A stretch of DNA of 64,000 bases from Eledone cirrhosa (lineage: Eukaryota). The position numbers and the translations under genes were made by a program. The notes under the pieces were generated by a model. It ran no database searches and was not told where the DNA came from. It saw only the letters and a list, made by a program, of their open reading frames with translations. The DNA lies in contig OZ024765.1 in NCBI GenBank assembly GCA_964016885.1, positions 19,964,001 through 20,028,000 of the forward strand. The letters are read 5' to 3'. Below are positions 29,827 to 41,977 of the stretch, piece by piece (positions within the stretch are counted from its first letter, which is position 1; the number at the start of each line of letters is the position of its first letter).

Positions 29827-30177
29827 ACTTACATTCATACCTTAACTGTGCCTCTGTAAACTGGCTTGACAAAGCATTATTAAATTAACACGTAGTAAAT
29901 AGACTCAGGGGAATAAATAAATATTTTATAATAGTGGAAGGAAATTTAGCAGATAATTCCAAATAGCACCGGAATTACTCCCCTTTGTACACAAACATAA
30001 GCAGCTAACTCTGTAACACCGAGATGAATTTCGATGTTAAAATCGTATTCATACCCATTCAGGGTTCCTAATTAAACCCTTTACTTTCCTCTGAGCCTCC
30101 AAGGAGCCCACCTTGGGCGTAACATGTGTAAGAGCTCCTTATAAATATATTTTAATGGTCTTTCTTCAATTTCTTCG

Positions 30178-30237
<60 letters not shown>

Positions 30238-30491
30238 GTTTTGCGAGGTTTTTTATATGAAATCGTGTGTCGAAACAAATATTGTTATACTTGGGGAGGG
30301 TCATATTTGTGTAATATTGACCGAATAAATTAGATTACCGATATAAAAGACACAGAAGCGAAAAGCGAAAACCAACCAAACAGTGAGTGTGTTCTGTTAT
30401 TAATTCTGGCAATATTACACAAATATGACCCTCCCCAAGTATAACAATAAATATATATATATATATATACATATTCTTATACATTTCTTAT

Positions 30492-30596
30492 CAGTTTCTG
30501 ATGAAATGATGAAGGATGTATTTTAAATTGAGTTATGCTGTCTTCAGTGTTTAGCAATTTCTAGACAACTCTATCATGGAAACAATTGTTAGACTG
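30492..30596 (+). ncRNA. type I hammerhead motif with long stem II insert
   Basis: cagttt-CTGATGA-aatgat...atcatg-GAA-ACAATTGT-T-agactg. Confidence 0.5.
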
Positions 30597-30654
30597 TAAA
30601 TAAATCTCCTTCTTTGTACTGTTGACCATGTTATTCTTCACTTTTTTATATATA

Positions 30655-30995
30655 TCATTCATTTCATTTTACATCCACTTTTTCCCTGCTTGCAAGGGTG
30701 GGACGGGAACTGATTCTGGCTTGATTTCTACAGCTGGATGCCCTTCCTAACACCAACCTCATTTACAGTGAGTGCTGGGTGCTTTTTTGCCATGGCACCT
30801 CCACGACCACTTTGCAGTGGAATGAGATGATAGGGACCCCAGTCCCTATCATCTCATTTCTACAGCTGAGTAAACTGGAGCAATGTGAAATAAAGTGTCT
30901 TGCTCAAGGAAACAACACATCACCTGGTCTGAGAATTGAACTGACAACCTTTCGATTGCAAGGCCAATGCTCTAACCACTAAGCCATGTGCCTCC
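30655..30995 (-). mobile_element. SINE-A
   Basis: Reverse-complement copy. Confidence 0.85.
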
Positions 30996-31229
30996 ATATA
31001 TATTTTATAGTTGAGACAGTAGACAAAAAAACAACAATGTGGGAGTGGAGAGGCAACACAAAATGTTAATATTAGTGTCACGCTTGAGAGTAAGGGGGTG
31101 GGGGGACGACGTTTCGGGCGTAAGCCCTTCAACGGGAGAAAAGTGGGCAGGAAAAGAGTTCCGAGGCTGTTCATCATCATCATCATCATCATCATTTTAC
31201 ATCCGCTTTTCCATGCTTGCAAGGGTGGG

Positions 31230-31276
<47 letters not shown>

Positions 31277-31278
<2 letters not shown>

Positions 31279-31640
31279 CAATATTAAATAAATGGAAACT
31301 ATATTTATAAAACCATATTTATTTCATTATATATATTTCGGGGATATCATATTAACAATATGCTATGCCTTCCTCAGACAAAATACAATATAAACAGTTT
31401 TATAGATAAATAGATTCGACATACCGTTATAACACCGACTTCCATTTGAAGAGGTTTAAGCTGGCAGTCAAATGGAAGTCGGTGTTATAACGGTATGTCG
31501 AATCTATTTATCTATAAAACTGTTTATATTGTATTTTGTCTGAGGAAGGCATAGCATATTGTTAATATGATATCCCCGAAATATATATAATGAAATAAAT
31601 ATGGTTTTATAAATATAGTTTCCATTTATTTAATATTGTA
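31277..31640. repeat. perfect inverted repeat, 173-bp arms, 18-nt loop
   Basis: 31277-31449 is the reverse complement of 31468-31640. Confidence 0.95.
31532..31597 (+). ncRNA. type I hammerhead motif (mirror copy on - strand at 31320-31385)
   Basis: tattttgt-CTGAGGA-aggcatagcatatt(gtt)aatatgatatcccc-GAA-ATATATAT-A-atgaaata; related copy near 58350-58415 has CTGACGA. Confidence 0.6.
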
Positions 31641-31850
31641 AATATACTCCAAATACTTGTTGAGTGCTTTTATATCAGTTATAAATATTTACTAGTTGTA
31701 ACCCAACAATTTAAATATAACTTTCCATGTATATATATATATATATATATTTACATATTGATTGATAGGTAGATGATAGATAGATGGAGATATCACATTG
31801 AATATAACGATGATGATGGTGAAAGGTAGGAGGATGAGTTTAAAGCCTAC

Positions 31851-32039
31851 CTTATCTTGTAACATAGCAGAGATGACCTCAGCTGACTTAGGCCGTGCGA
31901 CAGGCCTCACGTTAAGGTGGCTTCCATCACAGGTATTATCTGTTGCTACAGTAGCGGCTCTTTGGAATTTGGCTGTTTTAGGTCTGGCCCCACTGCCACT
32001 TCGGTCCCCTCCAGTGCTGTCAGATGGGGAATGTGCCTG
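31851..32039 (-). CDS. GPSM2: GPSM2 exon H (low-conservation linker, phase 0-0)
   Basis: ttctag|CAG GCA...AAG|gtagg; QAHSPSDSTGGDRSGSGARPKTAKFQRAATVATDNTCDGSHLNVRPVARPKSAEVISAMLQDK; open, GC-richer than flanks. Confidence 0.75.
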
Positions 32040-32115
32040 CTAGAAGGGTCAAAAGATAAGACAGAGATAATTTCTATTATATTTGATACATACACAAACA
32101 AAGCACACATATATA

Positions 32116-35100
32116 GCACCCAGTCCACATTATAGAGTGGTCATGTAGGTGTCACAACAAACAGCACCCAGTCCACACTGTAAAGTGGTCATGTAGGTGT
32201 CACAACAAAAAGCACCCAGTCCACACTGTAAAGTGGTCATATAGGTGTCATGACAAACAGCACCCAGTCCACACTGTAAAGTGGTCATGTAGGTGTCATG
32301 ACAAACAGCACCCAGTCCACACTGTAAAGTGGTCATGTAGGTGTCATGACAAACAGCACCCAGTCCACACTGTAAAGTGGTCATGTAGGTGTCACAACAA
32401 AAAGTACCCAGTCCACACTGTAAAGTGGTCATGTAGGTGTCATGGCAAAAACACCCAGTCCTCACTATAGAGTGGTCATGTAGGTGTCACGACAAACAGC
32501 ACCCAGTCCTCACTATAGAGTGGTTATGTAGGTGTCACAACAAAAAGTACCCAGTCCACACTGTAAAGTGGTCATGTAGGTGTCATGACAAAAAGCACCC
32601 AGTCCACACTGTAAAGTGGTCATGTAGGTGTCACAACAAACAGCACCCAGTCCATATTGTAAAGTGGTCATGTAGGTGTCACAACAAAAAGCACCCAGTC
32701 CACACTGTAAAGTGGTCATGTAGGTGTCTCAACAAAAAGCACCCAGTCCACACTGTAAAGTGGTCATGTAGGTGTCACAACAAAAAGTACCCAGTCCACA
32801 CTGTAAAGTGGTCATGTAGGTGTCACAACAAAAAGCACCCAGTCCACACTGTAAAGTGGTCATGTAGGTGTCACAACAAAAAGCATCCAGTCCACACTGT
32901 AAAGTGGTCATGTAGGTGTCTCAACAAAAAGCACCCAGTCCACACTGTAAAGTGGTCATGTAGGTGTCACAACAAAAAGTACCCAGTCCACACTGTAAAG
33001 TGGTCATGTAGGTGTCACAACAAACAACACCCAGTCCACACTGTAAAGTGGTCATGTCGGTGTCACGACAAACAACACCCAGTCCACACTGTAAAGTGGT
33101 CATGTAGGTGTCACAACAAACAACACCCAGTCCACACTGTAAAGTGGTCATGTAGGTGTCACAACAAACAGCACCCAGTCCACACTGTAAAGTGGTCATG
33201 TAGGTGTCACTCAAAAAGCACCCAGTCCACACTGTAAAGTGGTCGTGTAGGTGTCACTCAAAAAGCACCCAGTCCACACTATACAGTGGTCATGTAGGTG
33301 TCACAACAAACAACACCCAGTCCACACTGTAAAGTGGTCATGTAAGTGTCACAACAAAAAGGACCCAGTCCACACTGTAAAGTGGTCATGTAGGAGTCAC
33401 AACAAACAACACCCAGTCAACACTGTAAAGTGGTCATGTAGGTGTCACGACAAACAGCACCCAGTCCACACTGTAAAGTGGTCATGTAGGTGTCACAACA
33501 AAAAGTACCCAGTCCACACTGTAAAGTGGTCATGTAGGTGTCACAACAAAAAGCACCCAGTCCACACTGTAAAGTGGTCATGTAGGTGTCTCAACAAAAA
33601 GCACCCAGTCCACACTGTAAAGTGGTCATGCAGGTGTCACAACAAAAAGTACCCAGTCCACACTGTAAAGTGGTCATGTAAGTGTCACAACAAAAAGCAT
33701 CCAGTCCACACTGTAAAGTGGTCATGTCGGTGTCACAACAAAAAGTACCCAGTCCACACTGTAAAGTGGTCATGTAGGTGTCATGACAAAAAGCACCCAG
33801 TCCACACTGTAAAGTGGTCGTGTAGGTGTCACAACAAACAACACCCAGTCCACACTGTAAAGTGGTCATGTAGGTGTCACAACAAAAAACACCCAGTCCA
33901 CACTGTAAAGTGGTCATGTAGGTGTCACAACAATAAGCACCCAGTCCACACTGTAAAGTGGTCATGTAGGTGTCATGACAAAAAGCACCCAGTCCACACT
34001 GTAAAGTGGTCGTGTAGGTGTCACAACAAACAGTACCCAGTCCACACTGTAAAGTGGTCATGTAGGTGTCACAACAAACAACACCCAGTCCACACTGTAA
34101 AGTGGTCATGTAGGTGTCACAACAAACAGCACCCAGTCCACACTGTAAAGTGGTCATGTAGGTGTCACAACAAAAAGCACCCAGTCCACACTGTAAAGTG
34201 GTCATGTAGGTGTCACAACAAACAGCACCCAGTCCACACTGTAAAGTGGTCATGTAGGTGTCACAACAAACAGCACCCAGTCCACACTGTAAAGTGGTCA
34301 TGTAGGTGTCACAACAAAAAGCACCCAGTCCACACTGTAAAGTGGTCATGTAGGTGTCACAACAAACAACACCCAGCCCACACTGTAAAGTGGTCATGTA
34401 GGTGTCACAACAAAAGGCACCCAGTCCACACTGTAAAGTGGTCATGTAGGTGTCATGACAAAAAGCACCCAGTCCACACTGTAAAGTGGTCATGTAGGTG
34501 TCACAACAAAAAGCACCCAGTCCACACTGTAAAGTGGTCATGTAGGTGTCACAACAAAAAGCACCCAGTCCACACTGTAAAGTGGTCATGTAGGTGTCAT
34601 GACAAAAAGCACCCAGTCCACACTGTAAAGTGGTCATGTAGGTGTCACAACAAAAAGCACCCAGTCCACACTGTAAAGTGGTCATGTAGGTGTCACAACA
34701 AAAAGCACCCAGTCCACAGTGTAAAGTGGTCATGTAGGTGTCACAACAAAAAGCACCCAGTCCACACTGTAAAGTGGTCATGTAGGTGTCATGACAAAAA
34801 GCACCCAGTCCACACTGTAAAGTGGTCATGTAGGTGTCACAACAAAAAGCACCCAGTCCACACTGTAAAGTGGTCATGTTGGTGTCACAACAGACAACAC
34901 CCAGTCCACACTGTAAAGTGGTCATGTAGGTGTCACAACAAAAAGCACCCAGTCCACACTGTAAAGTGGTCATGTAGGTGTCATGACAAAAAGAACCCAG
35001 TCCACACTGTAAAGTGGTCATGTAGGTGTCACAACAAACAACACCCAGTCCACACTGTAAAGAGGTCATGTAGGTGTCATGACAAAAAGCACCCAGTCCA

Positions 35101-37116
35101 CACTGTAAAGTGGTCATGTTGGTGTCACAACAGACAACACCCAGTCCACACTGTAAAGTGGTCATGTAGGTGTCATGACAAAAAGCACCCAGTCCACACT
35201 GTAAAGTGGTCATGTTGGTGTCACAACAGACAACACCCAGTCCACACTGTAAAGTGGTCATGTAGGTGTCACAACAAAAAGCACCCAGTTCACACTGTAA
35301 AGTGGTCATGTAGGTGTCATGACAAAAAGAACCCAGTCCACACTGTAAAGTGGTCATGTAGGTGTCACAACAAACAACACCCAGTCCACACTGTAAAGTG
35401 GTCATGTAGGTGTCACAACAAACAACACCCAGTACACACTGTAAAGTGGTCATGTTGGTGTCACAACAAAAAGCACCCAGTCCACACTGTAAAGTGGTCA
35501 TGTAGGTGTCATGACAAAAAGAACCCAGTCCACACTGTAAAGTGGTCATGTAGGTGTCACAACAAACAACACCCAGTCCACACTGTAAAGAGGTCATGTA
35601 GGTGTCATGACAAAAAGCACCCAGTCCACACTGTAAAGTGGTCATGTTGGTGTCACAACAGACAACACCCAGTCCACACTGTAAAGAGGTCATGTAGGTG
35701 TCATGACAAAAAGCACCCAGTCCACACTGTAAAGTGGTCATGTTGGTGTCACAACAGACAACACCCAGTCCACACTGTAAAGTGGTCATGTTGGTGTCAC
35801 AACAAAAAGCACCCAGTCCACACTGTAAAGTGGTCATGTAGGTGTCACAACAAACAACACCCAGTACACACTGTAAAGTGGTCATGTTGGTGTCACAACA
35901 AACAACACCCAGTACACACTGTAAAGTGGTCATGTAGGTGTCACAACAAACAACACCCAGTCCACACTGTAAAGTGGTCATGTAGGTGTCACAACAAACA
36001 ACACCCAGTCCACACTGTAAAGTGGTAATGTTGGTGTCACAACAAAAAGCACCCAGTCCACACTGTAAAGTGGTCATGTTGGTGTCACAACAAAAAGCAC
36101 CCAGTCCACACTGTAAAGTGGTCATGTTGGTGTCACAACAAAAAGTACCCAGTCCACACTGTAAAGAGGTCATGTAGGTGTCACAACAAACAACACCCAG
36201 TGCACACTGTAAAGTGGTCATGTAGGTGTCACAACAAACAACACCCAGTCCACACTGTAAAGTGGTCATGTAGGTGTCACAACAAACAACACCCAGTCCA
36301 CACTGTAAAGTGGTCATGTTGGTGTCACAACAAAAAGCACCCAGTCCACACTGTAAAGTGGTCATGTTGGTGTCACAACAAAAAGCACCCAGTCCACACT
36401 GTAAAGTGGTCATGTTGGTGTCACAACAAAAAGTACCCAGTCCACACTGTAAAGAGGTCATGTAGGTGTCACAACAAACAACACCCAGTGCACACTGTAA
36501 AGTGGTCATGTAGGTGTCACAACAAACAACACCCAGTCCACACTGTAAAGTGGTCATGTAGGTGTCACAACAAAAAGCACCCAGTCCACACTGTAAAGTG
36601 GTCATGTAGGTGTCACAACAAAAAGCACCCAGTCCACACTGTAAAGTGGTCATGTAGGTGTCACAACAAAAAGCACCCAGTCCACACTGTAAAGTGGTCA
36701 TGTAGGTGTCACAACAAAAAGCACCCAGTCCACACTGTAAAGTGGTCATGTAGGTGTCACAACAAAAGATACACAGTACACACTGTAAAGTGGTCATGTA
36801 GGTGTCACAACAAACAACACCCAGTCCACAGTGTAAAGTGGTCATGAAGGTGTCACAACAAAAAGCACCCAGTACACACTGTAAAGTGGTCATGTAGGTG
36901 TCACGACAAAAAGAACCCAGTCCACACTGTAAAGTGGTCATGTAGGTGTCACAACAAAAGATACACAGTACACACTGTAAAGTGGTCATGTAGGTGTCAC
37001 AACAAACAACACCCAGTCCACAGTGTAAAGTGGTCATGAAGGTGTCACAACAAAAAGCACCCAGTACACACTGTAAAGTGGTCATGTAGGTGTCACGACA
37101 AAAAGAACCCAGTACA
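32116..37116. repeat. 48-bp tandem array, about 104 copies
   Basis: (gcacccagtccacactgtaaagtggtcatgtaggtgtcacaacaaaaa)n. Confidence 0.98.
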
Positions 37117-37270
37117 CATACACACACGCATATATATATATATACACAGATATATATATATATATATATATACATATATACACGGTCCACTGCGATGATG
37201 ACACAACAGTCCACACTGTAAGGTGGCCGTGTAGGCGACATGGTAAAAAGGCAGTGTAGTGCAGCCTTAC

Positions 37271-37356
37271 CTTAGCAGATGCCTTCCCATCAGGTGTCAA
37301 CTTCATGAGTTCCATATTCTCCATGCTAAAACGTCGAGTCCTGAAGGTTTTCAAAC
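37271..37356 (-). CDS. GPSM2: GPSM2 exon G (linker phospho-motif)
   Basis: ttttag|GT TTG...AAG|gtaag; GLKTFRTRRFSMENMELMKLTPDGKASAK, matching the LGN RRHSMENMELMKLTP motif. Confidence 0.95.
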
Positions 37357-37868
37357 CTAAAACAGAACCAGAAGAAATTTCTTTAGAAATTAGAAAAAAA
37401 AAATGTTAAGAAATGAATTGAAAGAAGCATTTTAATGTTTTAACAATCAAAATGTCCAGCAAATAATGTAGTAGAATTTCTAGCATCACCATCATCGTCC
37501 TAATTATTGTAAACTAGCTGAGGTACCCGTTAATACCCAGCAGCAGGGGTATTCCCAGTTCCCATTAAAATGCCCAATGCCTCTCAGAACAAAAATAAAT
37601 GTTACAGCAAGCAGAGAATATTAAATTGATTTATGGAGAACATTTTAAGCCCACAACAGCCGAAGCCAAATTTCGCTTATCAGTTAATCAAAAATCAGCT
37701 TACGCTTCGCTCGAGTGGTCTGGATAGTGGATAATTGACCAAATCAGCGGTAGGACCGCAATCATAAAAGAAAGGCCCAAATGCTGTCTTAATTACTAGA
37801 CTTAGTGACTCTTATAGTACAGAGCTATTTAATTACAGAAATTATTTAATAAACAAAACAATATAATT

Positions 37869-37941
37869 ATTCCATTACCAAAGGTTTCAGGAACCTAGAC
37901 GATTCTAACAGAAACGCCCAGTTCGTTCATCAGATGAAATA
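37869..37941 (-). ncRNA. type I hammerhead ribozyme motif (sense to GPSM2 intron)
   Basis: atttcat-CTGATGA-acgaactgggcg...cgtctaggttcct-GAA-ACC(ttt)GGT-A-atggaat. Confidence 0.65.
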
Positions 37942-38033
37942 TCTACATATATAATTAAATAGCTCTGTACAATACATAGAGCACTCTTTCCTTTACCTTT
38001 TCTACGGAAATGCATAACATATATATAAGATAT

Positions 38034-38339
38034 GGAGGCACATGGCTTAGTGGTTAGAGCATTGGCCTTGCAATCGAAAGGTTGTGAGTTCAATTCTCAG
38101 ACCGGGTGATGTGTTGTTTCCTTGAGCAAGACACTTTATTTCACATTGCTCCAGTTTACTCAGCTGTAGATGTGAGATGATAGGGACTAGGGTCCTTATC
38201 ATTCCATTGCACCCAGCACTCACTGTAAATGATGTTGGTGTTAGGAAGGGCATCCAGCTGTAGAAATCAAGCCAGAACCAGTTCCCGTCCCACCCTTGCA
38301 AGCAGGGAAAAGCAGACGTAAAATGATGATGATGATGAT
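38034..38339 (+). mobile_element. SINE-A (internal deletion)
   Basis: Copy lacking the aaagtggtcgtgg...aaaaag segment. Confidence 0.85.
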
Positions 38340-38723
38340 ATATATATATATATATATATAGATATAAAATAATTATTTCTACTTTTTGCACAAGGCCAGC
38401 AATTATCCCAATGTATTACTGGTACTTTATTTTATCGACCCCGTAAGGATGAAAGGCAAAGTTAACCTCGGCGGGATTTCAACTCAGACCGTAAAGGGCC
38501 GTAACTCTTAAGTGTAAGTCAAACATGTTAAAGTTGGTTTCAGTCACATTCACTGTTATACATATTTCAGTGACAGCCATTATTGGCTGTGACCTCATCA
38601 GGCAGTAAGAATTTAGGCAGAAAAAACAGGAAAACATCATGATGTTATGGGTTCTACCCTGTTAACTCATCAATATGTCCAGCTCCTGGGTGTGTTGTTA
38701 GTCCTCAAAGGAACTGGAATCCT

Positions 38724-38778
38724 ACTGCCTGATGAGGTCACAGCCAATAATGGCTGTCACTGAAATATATATTGCAGA
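38724..38778 (+). ncRNA. type I hammerhead motif (mirror copy on - strand near 38552-38606)
   Basis: ctgc-CTGATGA-ggtcacagcca(ataa)tggctgtcact-GAA-ATATATAT-T-gcag. Confidence 0.65.
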
Positions 38779-38856
38779 GAATTGGAAAAAACGAAGCCAG
38801 CTTTAACATGTTTGACTTACACTTATTATTTTACATTACTCCGGAGTGAACAAACC

Positions 38857-40528
38857 AACCTGCGCACGCCGTTGAGTGCTGCAACCTGTGCACGCCACTG
38901 AGTGCTCCAACCTTCGCACGCCGTTGAGTGCTCCAGCCTGCGCACGCTGTTGAGTGCTGCAACCTGCGCACGCCACTGAGTGCTCCAACCTGTGCACGCC
39001 GTTGAGTGCTGCAACCTGCGCACGCCGTTGAGTGCTGCAACCTGCGCACGCCACTGAGTGCTGCAACCTGCGCACGCCACTGAGTGCTCCAACCTGTGCA
39101 CGCCGTTGAGTGCTGCAACCTGCGCACGCCGTTGAGTGCTCCAACCTGCACACGCCACTGAGTGCTGCAACCTGCGCACGCCGTTGAGTGCTGCAACCTG
39201 CGCACGCCGTCGAGTGCTGCAACCTGCGCACGCCGTCGAGTGCTCCAACCTGCACACGCCGTCGAGTGCTGCAACCTGCGCACGCCGTCGAGTGCTGCAA
39301 CCTGCGCACGCCGTCGAGTGCTGCAACCTGCGCACGCCGTCGAGTGCTGCAACCTGCGCACGCCGTTGAGTGCTGCAACCTGCGCACGCCACTGAGTGCT
39401 GCAACCTGCGCACGCCGTTGAGTGCTGCAACCTGCGCACGCCGTTGAGTGCTGCAACCTGTGCACGCCACTGAGTGCTGCAACCTGCGCACGCCGTTGAG
39501 TGCTCCAACTTGCGCACGCCACTGAGTGCTGCAACCTGCGCACGCCGTTGAGTGCTGCAACCTGCGCACGCCGTTGAGTGCTGCAACCTGCGCACGCCGT
39601 TGAGTGCTGCAACCTGCGCACGCCACTGAGTGCTGCAACCTGCGCACGCCGTTGAGTGCTCCAACCTGCGCACGCCGTTGAGTGCTGCAACCTGCGCACG
39701 CCACTGAGTGCTCCAACCTGCGCATGCCACTGAGTGCTGCAACCTGCGCACGCCGTTGAGTGCTCCAACTTGCGCACGCCGTCGAGTGCTGCAACCTGTG
39801 CACGCCGTCGAGTGCTCCAACTTGCGCACGCCGTCGAGTGCTCCAACTTGCGCACGCTGTTGAGTGCTGCAACCTGCGCACGCCGTTGAGTGCTGCAACC
39901 TGTGCACGCTGTTGAGTGCTCCAGCCTGCGCACGCCGTTGAGTGCTGCAACCTGCGCACGCCGTTGAGTGCTGCAACCTGCGCACGCCACTGAGTGCTCC
40001 AACCTGCGCACGCCGTTGAGTGCTCCAACCTGCGCACGCCGTTGAGTGCTGCAACCTGCGCACGCCGTTGAGTGCTGCAACCTGCGCACGCCGTTGAGTG
40101 CTGCAACCTGTGCACGCCGTTGAGTGCTGCAACCTGCGCACGCCGTTGAGTGCTGCAACCTGCGCACGCCGTCGAGTGCTGCAACTTGCGCACGCCGTTG
40201 AGTGCTGCAACCTGCGCACGCTGTTGAGTGCTCCAGCCTGCGCACGCCGTTGAGTGCTGCAACCTGTGCACGCTGTTGAGTGCTCCAGCCTGCGCACGCC
40301 GTTGAGTGCTGCAACTTGCGCACGCCGTTGAGTGCTGCAACCTGCGCACGCTGTTGAGTGCTCCAGCCTGCGCACGCCGTTGAGTGCTGCAACCTGTGCA
40401 CGCTGTTGAGTGCTCCAGCCTGCGCACGCCGTTGAGTGCTGCAACTTGCGCACGCCGTTGAGTGCTGCAACCTGCGCACGCTGTTGAGTGCTCCAGCCTG
40501 CGCACGCCGTTGAGTGCTGCAACCTGCA
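38857..40528. repeat. 26-bp GC/CpG-rich tandem array, about 64 copies
   Basis: (aacctgcgcacgccgttgagtgctgc)n. Confidence 0.98.
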
Positions 40529-40722
40529 TACTGAGGTGTCGGTAAACAACCAACATATACTCAAAATATATATATATATAGTACAAAATATATAGAGAGA
40601 GAGAGATACATGCACATTGCTCCTTTGACCCTGTGTTACCACATACATGAACATTCATTCCTCACATACCCCCCCCCCCTCTGCAACACCACCTACCCCA
40701 AGGAGAGAAACTGGTATCTTAC

Positions 40723-40781
40723 CATTATTTTTATCATCCTCTGTGGTGCTGGTAGCGAGACCATTCCTTTCCGACTTTTTA
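40723..40781 (-). CDS. GPSM2: GPSM2 exon F (linker, 59 nt)
   Basis: ttcccag|T AAA...AAT G|gtaag; SKKSERNGLATSTTEDDKNN. Its phases (2 in, 1 out) exactly bridge exons E and G. Confidence 0.8.
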
Positions 40782-41770
40782 CTGGGAACAGAACAGACAT
40801 ATATCAGATATATATAATATAAATGCTATTGTTAATTAATAAATTAATTAACTAATACACTTCACACAAAGTAAAATTAATAAATTAATTAACTAATACA
40901 CTTCACACAAAGTAAAATTAATAAATTAATTAACTAATACACTTCACACAAAGTAAAATATTTTGTTTTAAACATTTTCTAACCAAGAAAAAAAGAGAAA
41001 AAAATAAAAGGGAAAAAAATATATTTTTCTCCCTAATAATCGTCTTTTTCTCCCTATTTTCATTATAAATATATATATATATATATATTATACATATATA
41101 TACATATATATATAGTGTATTTTGCAATACACTGTATGCTTAAATAAAAGCATTTTGAAGACCATACGCTATTGTTTTAAAGTAGCGACAATGTCACTTA
41201 CTTAAATTTTTAGCAAACAAGGGGAGATCAGCTGACAGAGCTCTGTTTCCTACTTTTTGGTACTTATCAAAGCTCACTACTCTCTCCGTTTGCTGAAAAT
41301 TGTGTGTTGGATTCTTATAGAATTCCAGTAATAATCAGGAACTGATTATACACCCACACACACATAAACATAAATATACATCTATGTTTGTGTATATATA
41401 TATGTTTATATGTGTGTGGGTGATGTACATATAGATATAATGAAAAATAAAAGTTACGGGCGAAAGAGGGGAATATCCACTGCCAGTTGTCTGCTAGGAA
41501 TCATAGGTATTTCTTCCTATGATTCCTAGAAGACAACTGACAGTGGATATTTTCCTCTCCCACCCGTAACTTTTATTTTTCATTTTACTTAATTGCAAAC
41601 ACACAGCTCGCCATTTTATACATATATATATATTATATAAATATATATATAAATATATATAAATATATATATAAATATATATATAAATATATATATAAAT
41701 ATATATATAAATATACATATAAATATATATATAAATATATATATAAATATATATATAAATATATATATAA

Positions 41771-41801
<31 letters not shown>

Positions 41802-41826
41802 AATATATATATAAATATATATATAA

Positions 41827-41857
<31 letters not shown>

Positions 41858-41858
41858 A

Positions 41859-41889
<31 letters not shown>

Positions 41890-41900
41890 AATAAATATAT

Positions 41901-41933
<33 letters not shown>

Positions 41934-41977
41934 ACAAGTTAAGATGACAGAAATGTATATTTATATTAGATAGAGAA

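Noticed and set aside
33251-37241. 925-aa and 1216-aa Cys/His-rich ORFs resembling metal-binding proteins
   Set aside because: A 48-bp unit (multiple of 3) is open on both strands, derives from a LINE 3'UTR and is intronic. No evidence for an independent gene.
32116-40528. CRISPR-like appearance of regular repeats
   Set aside because: No unique spacers, no cas genes, eukaryotic intron.
38826-40658. About 600-aa ORFs in all three minus frames
   Set aside because: Stop-free 26-bp repeat; frames are permutations of one another.
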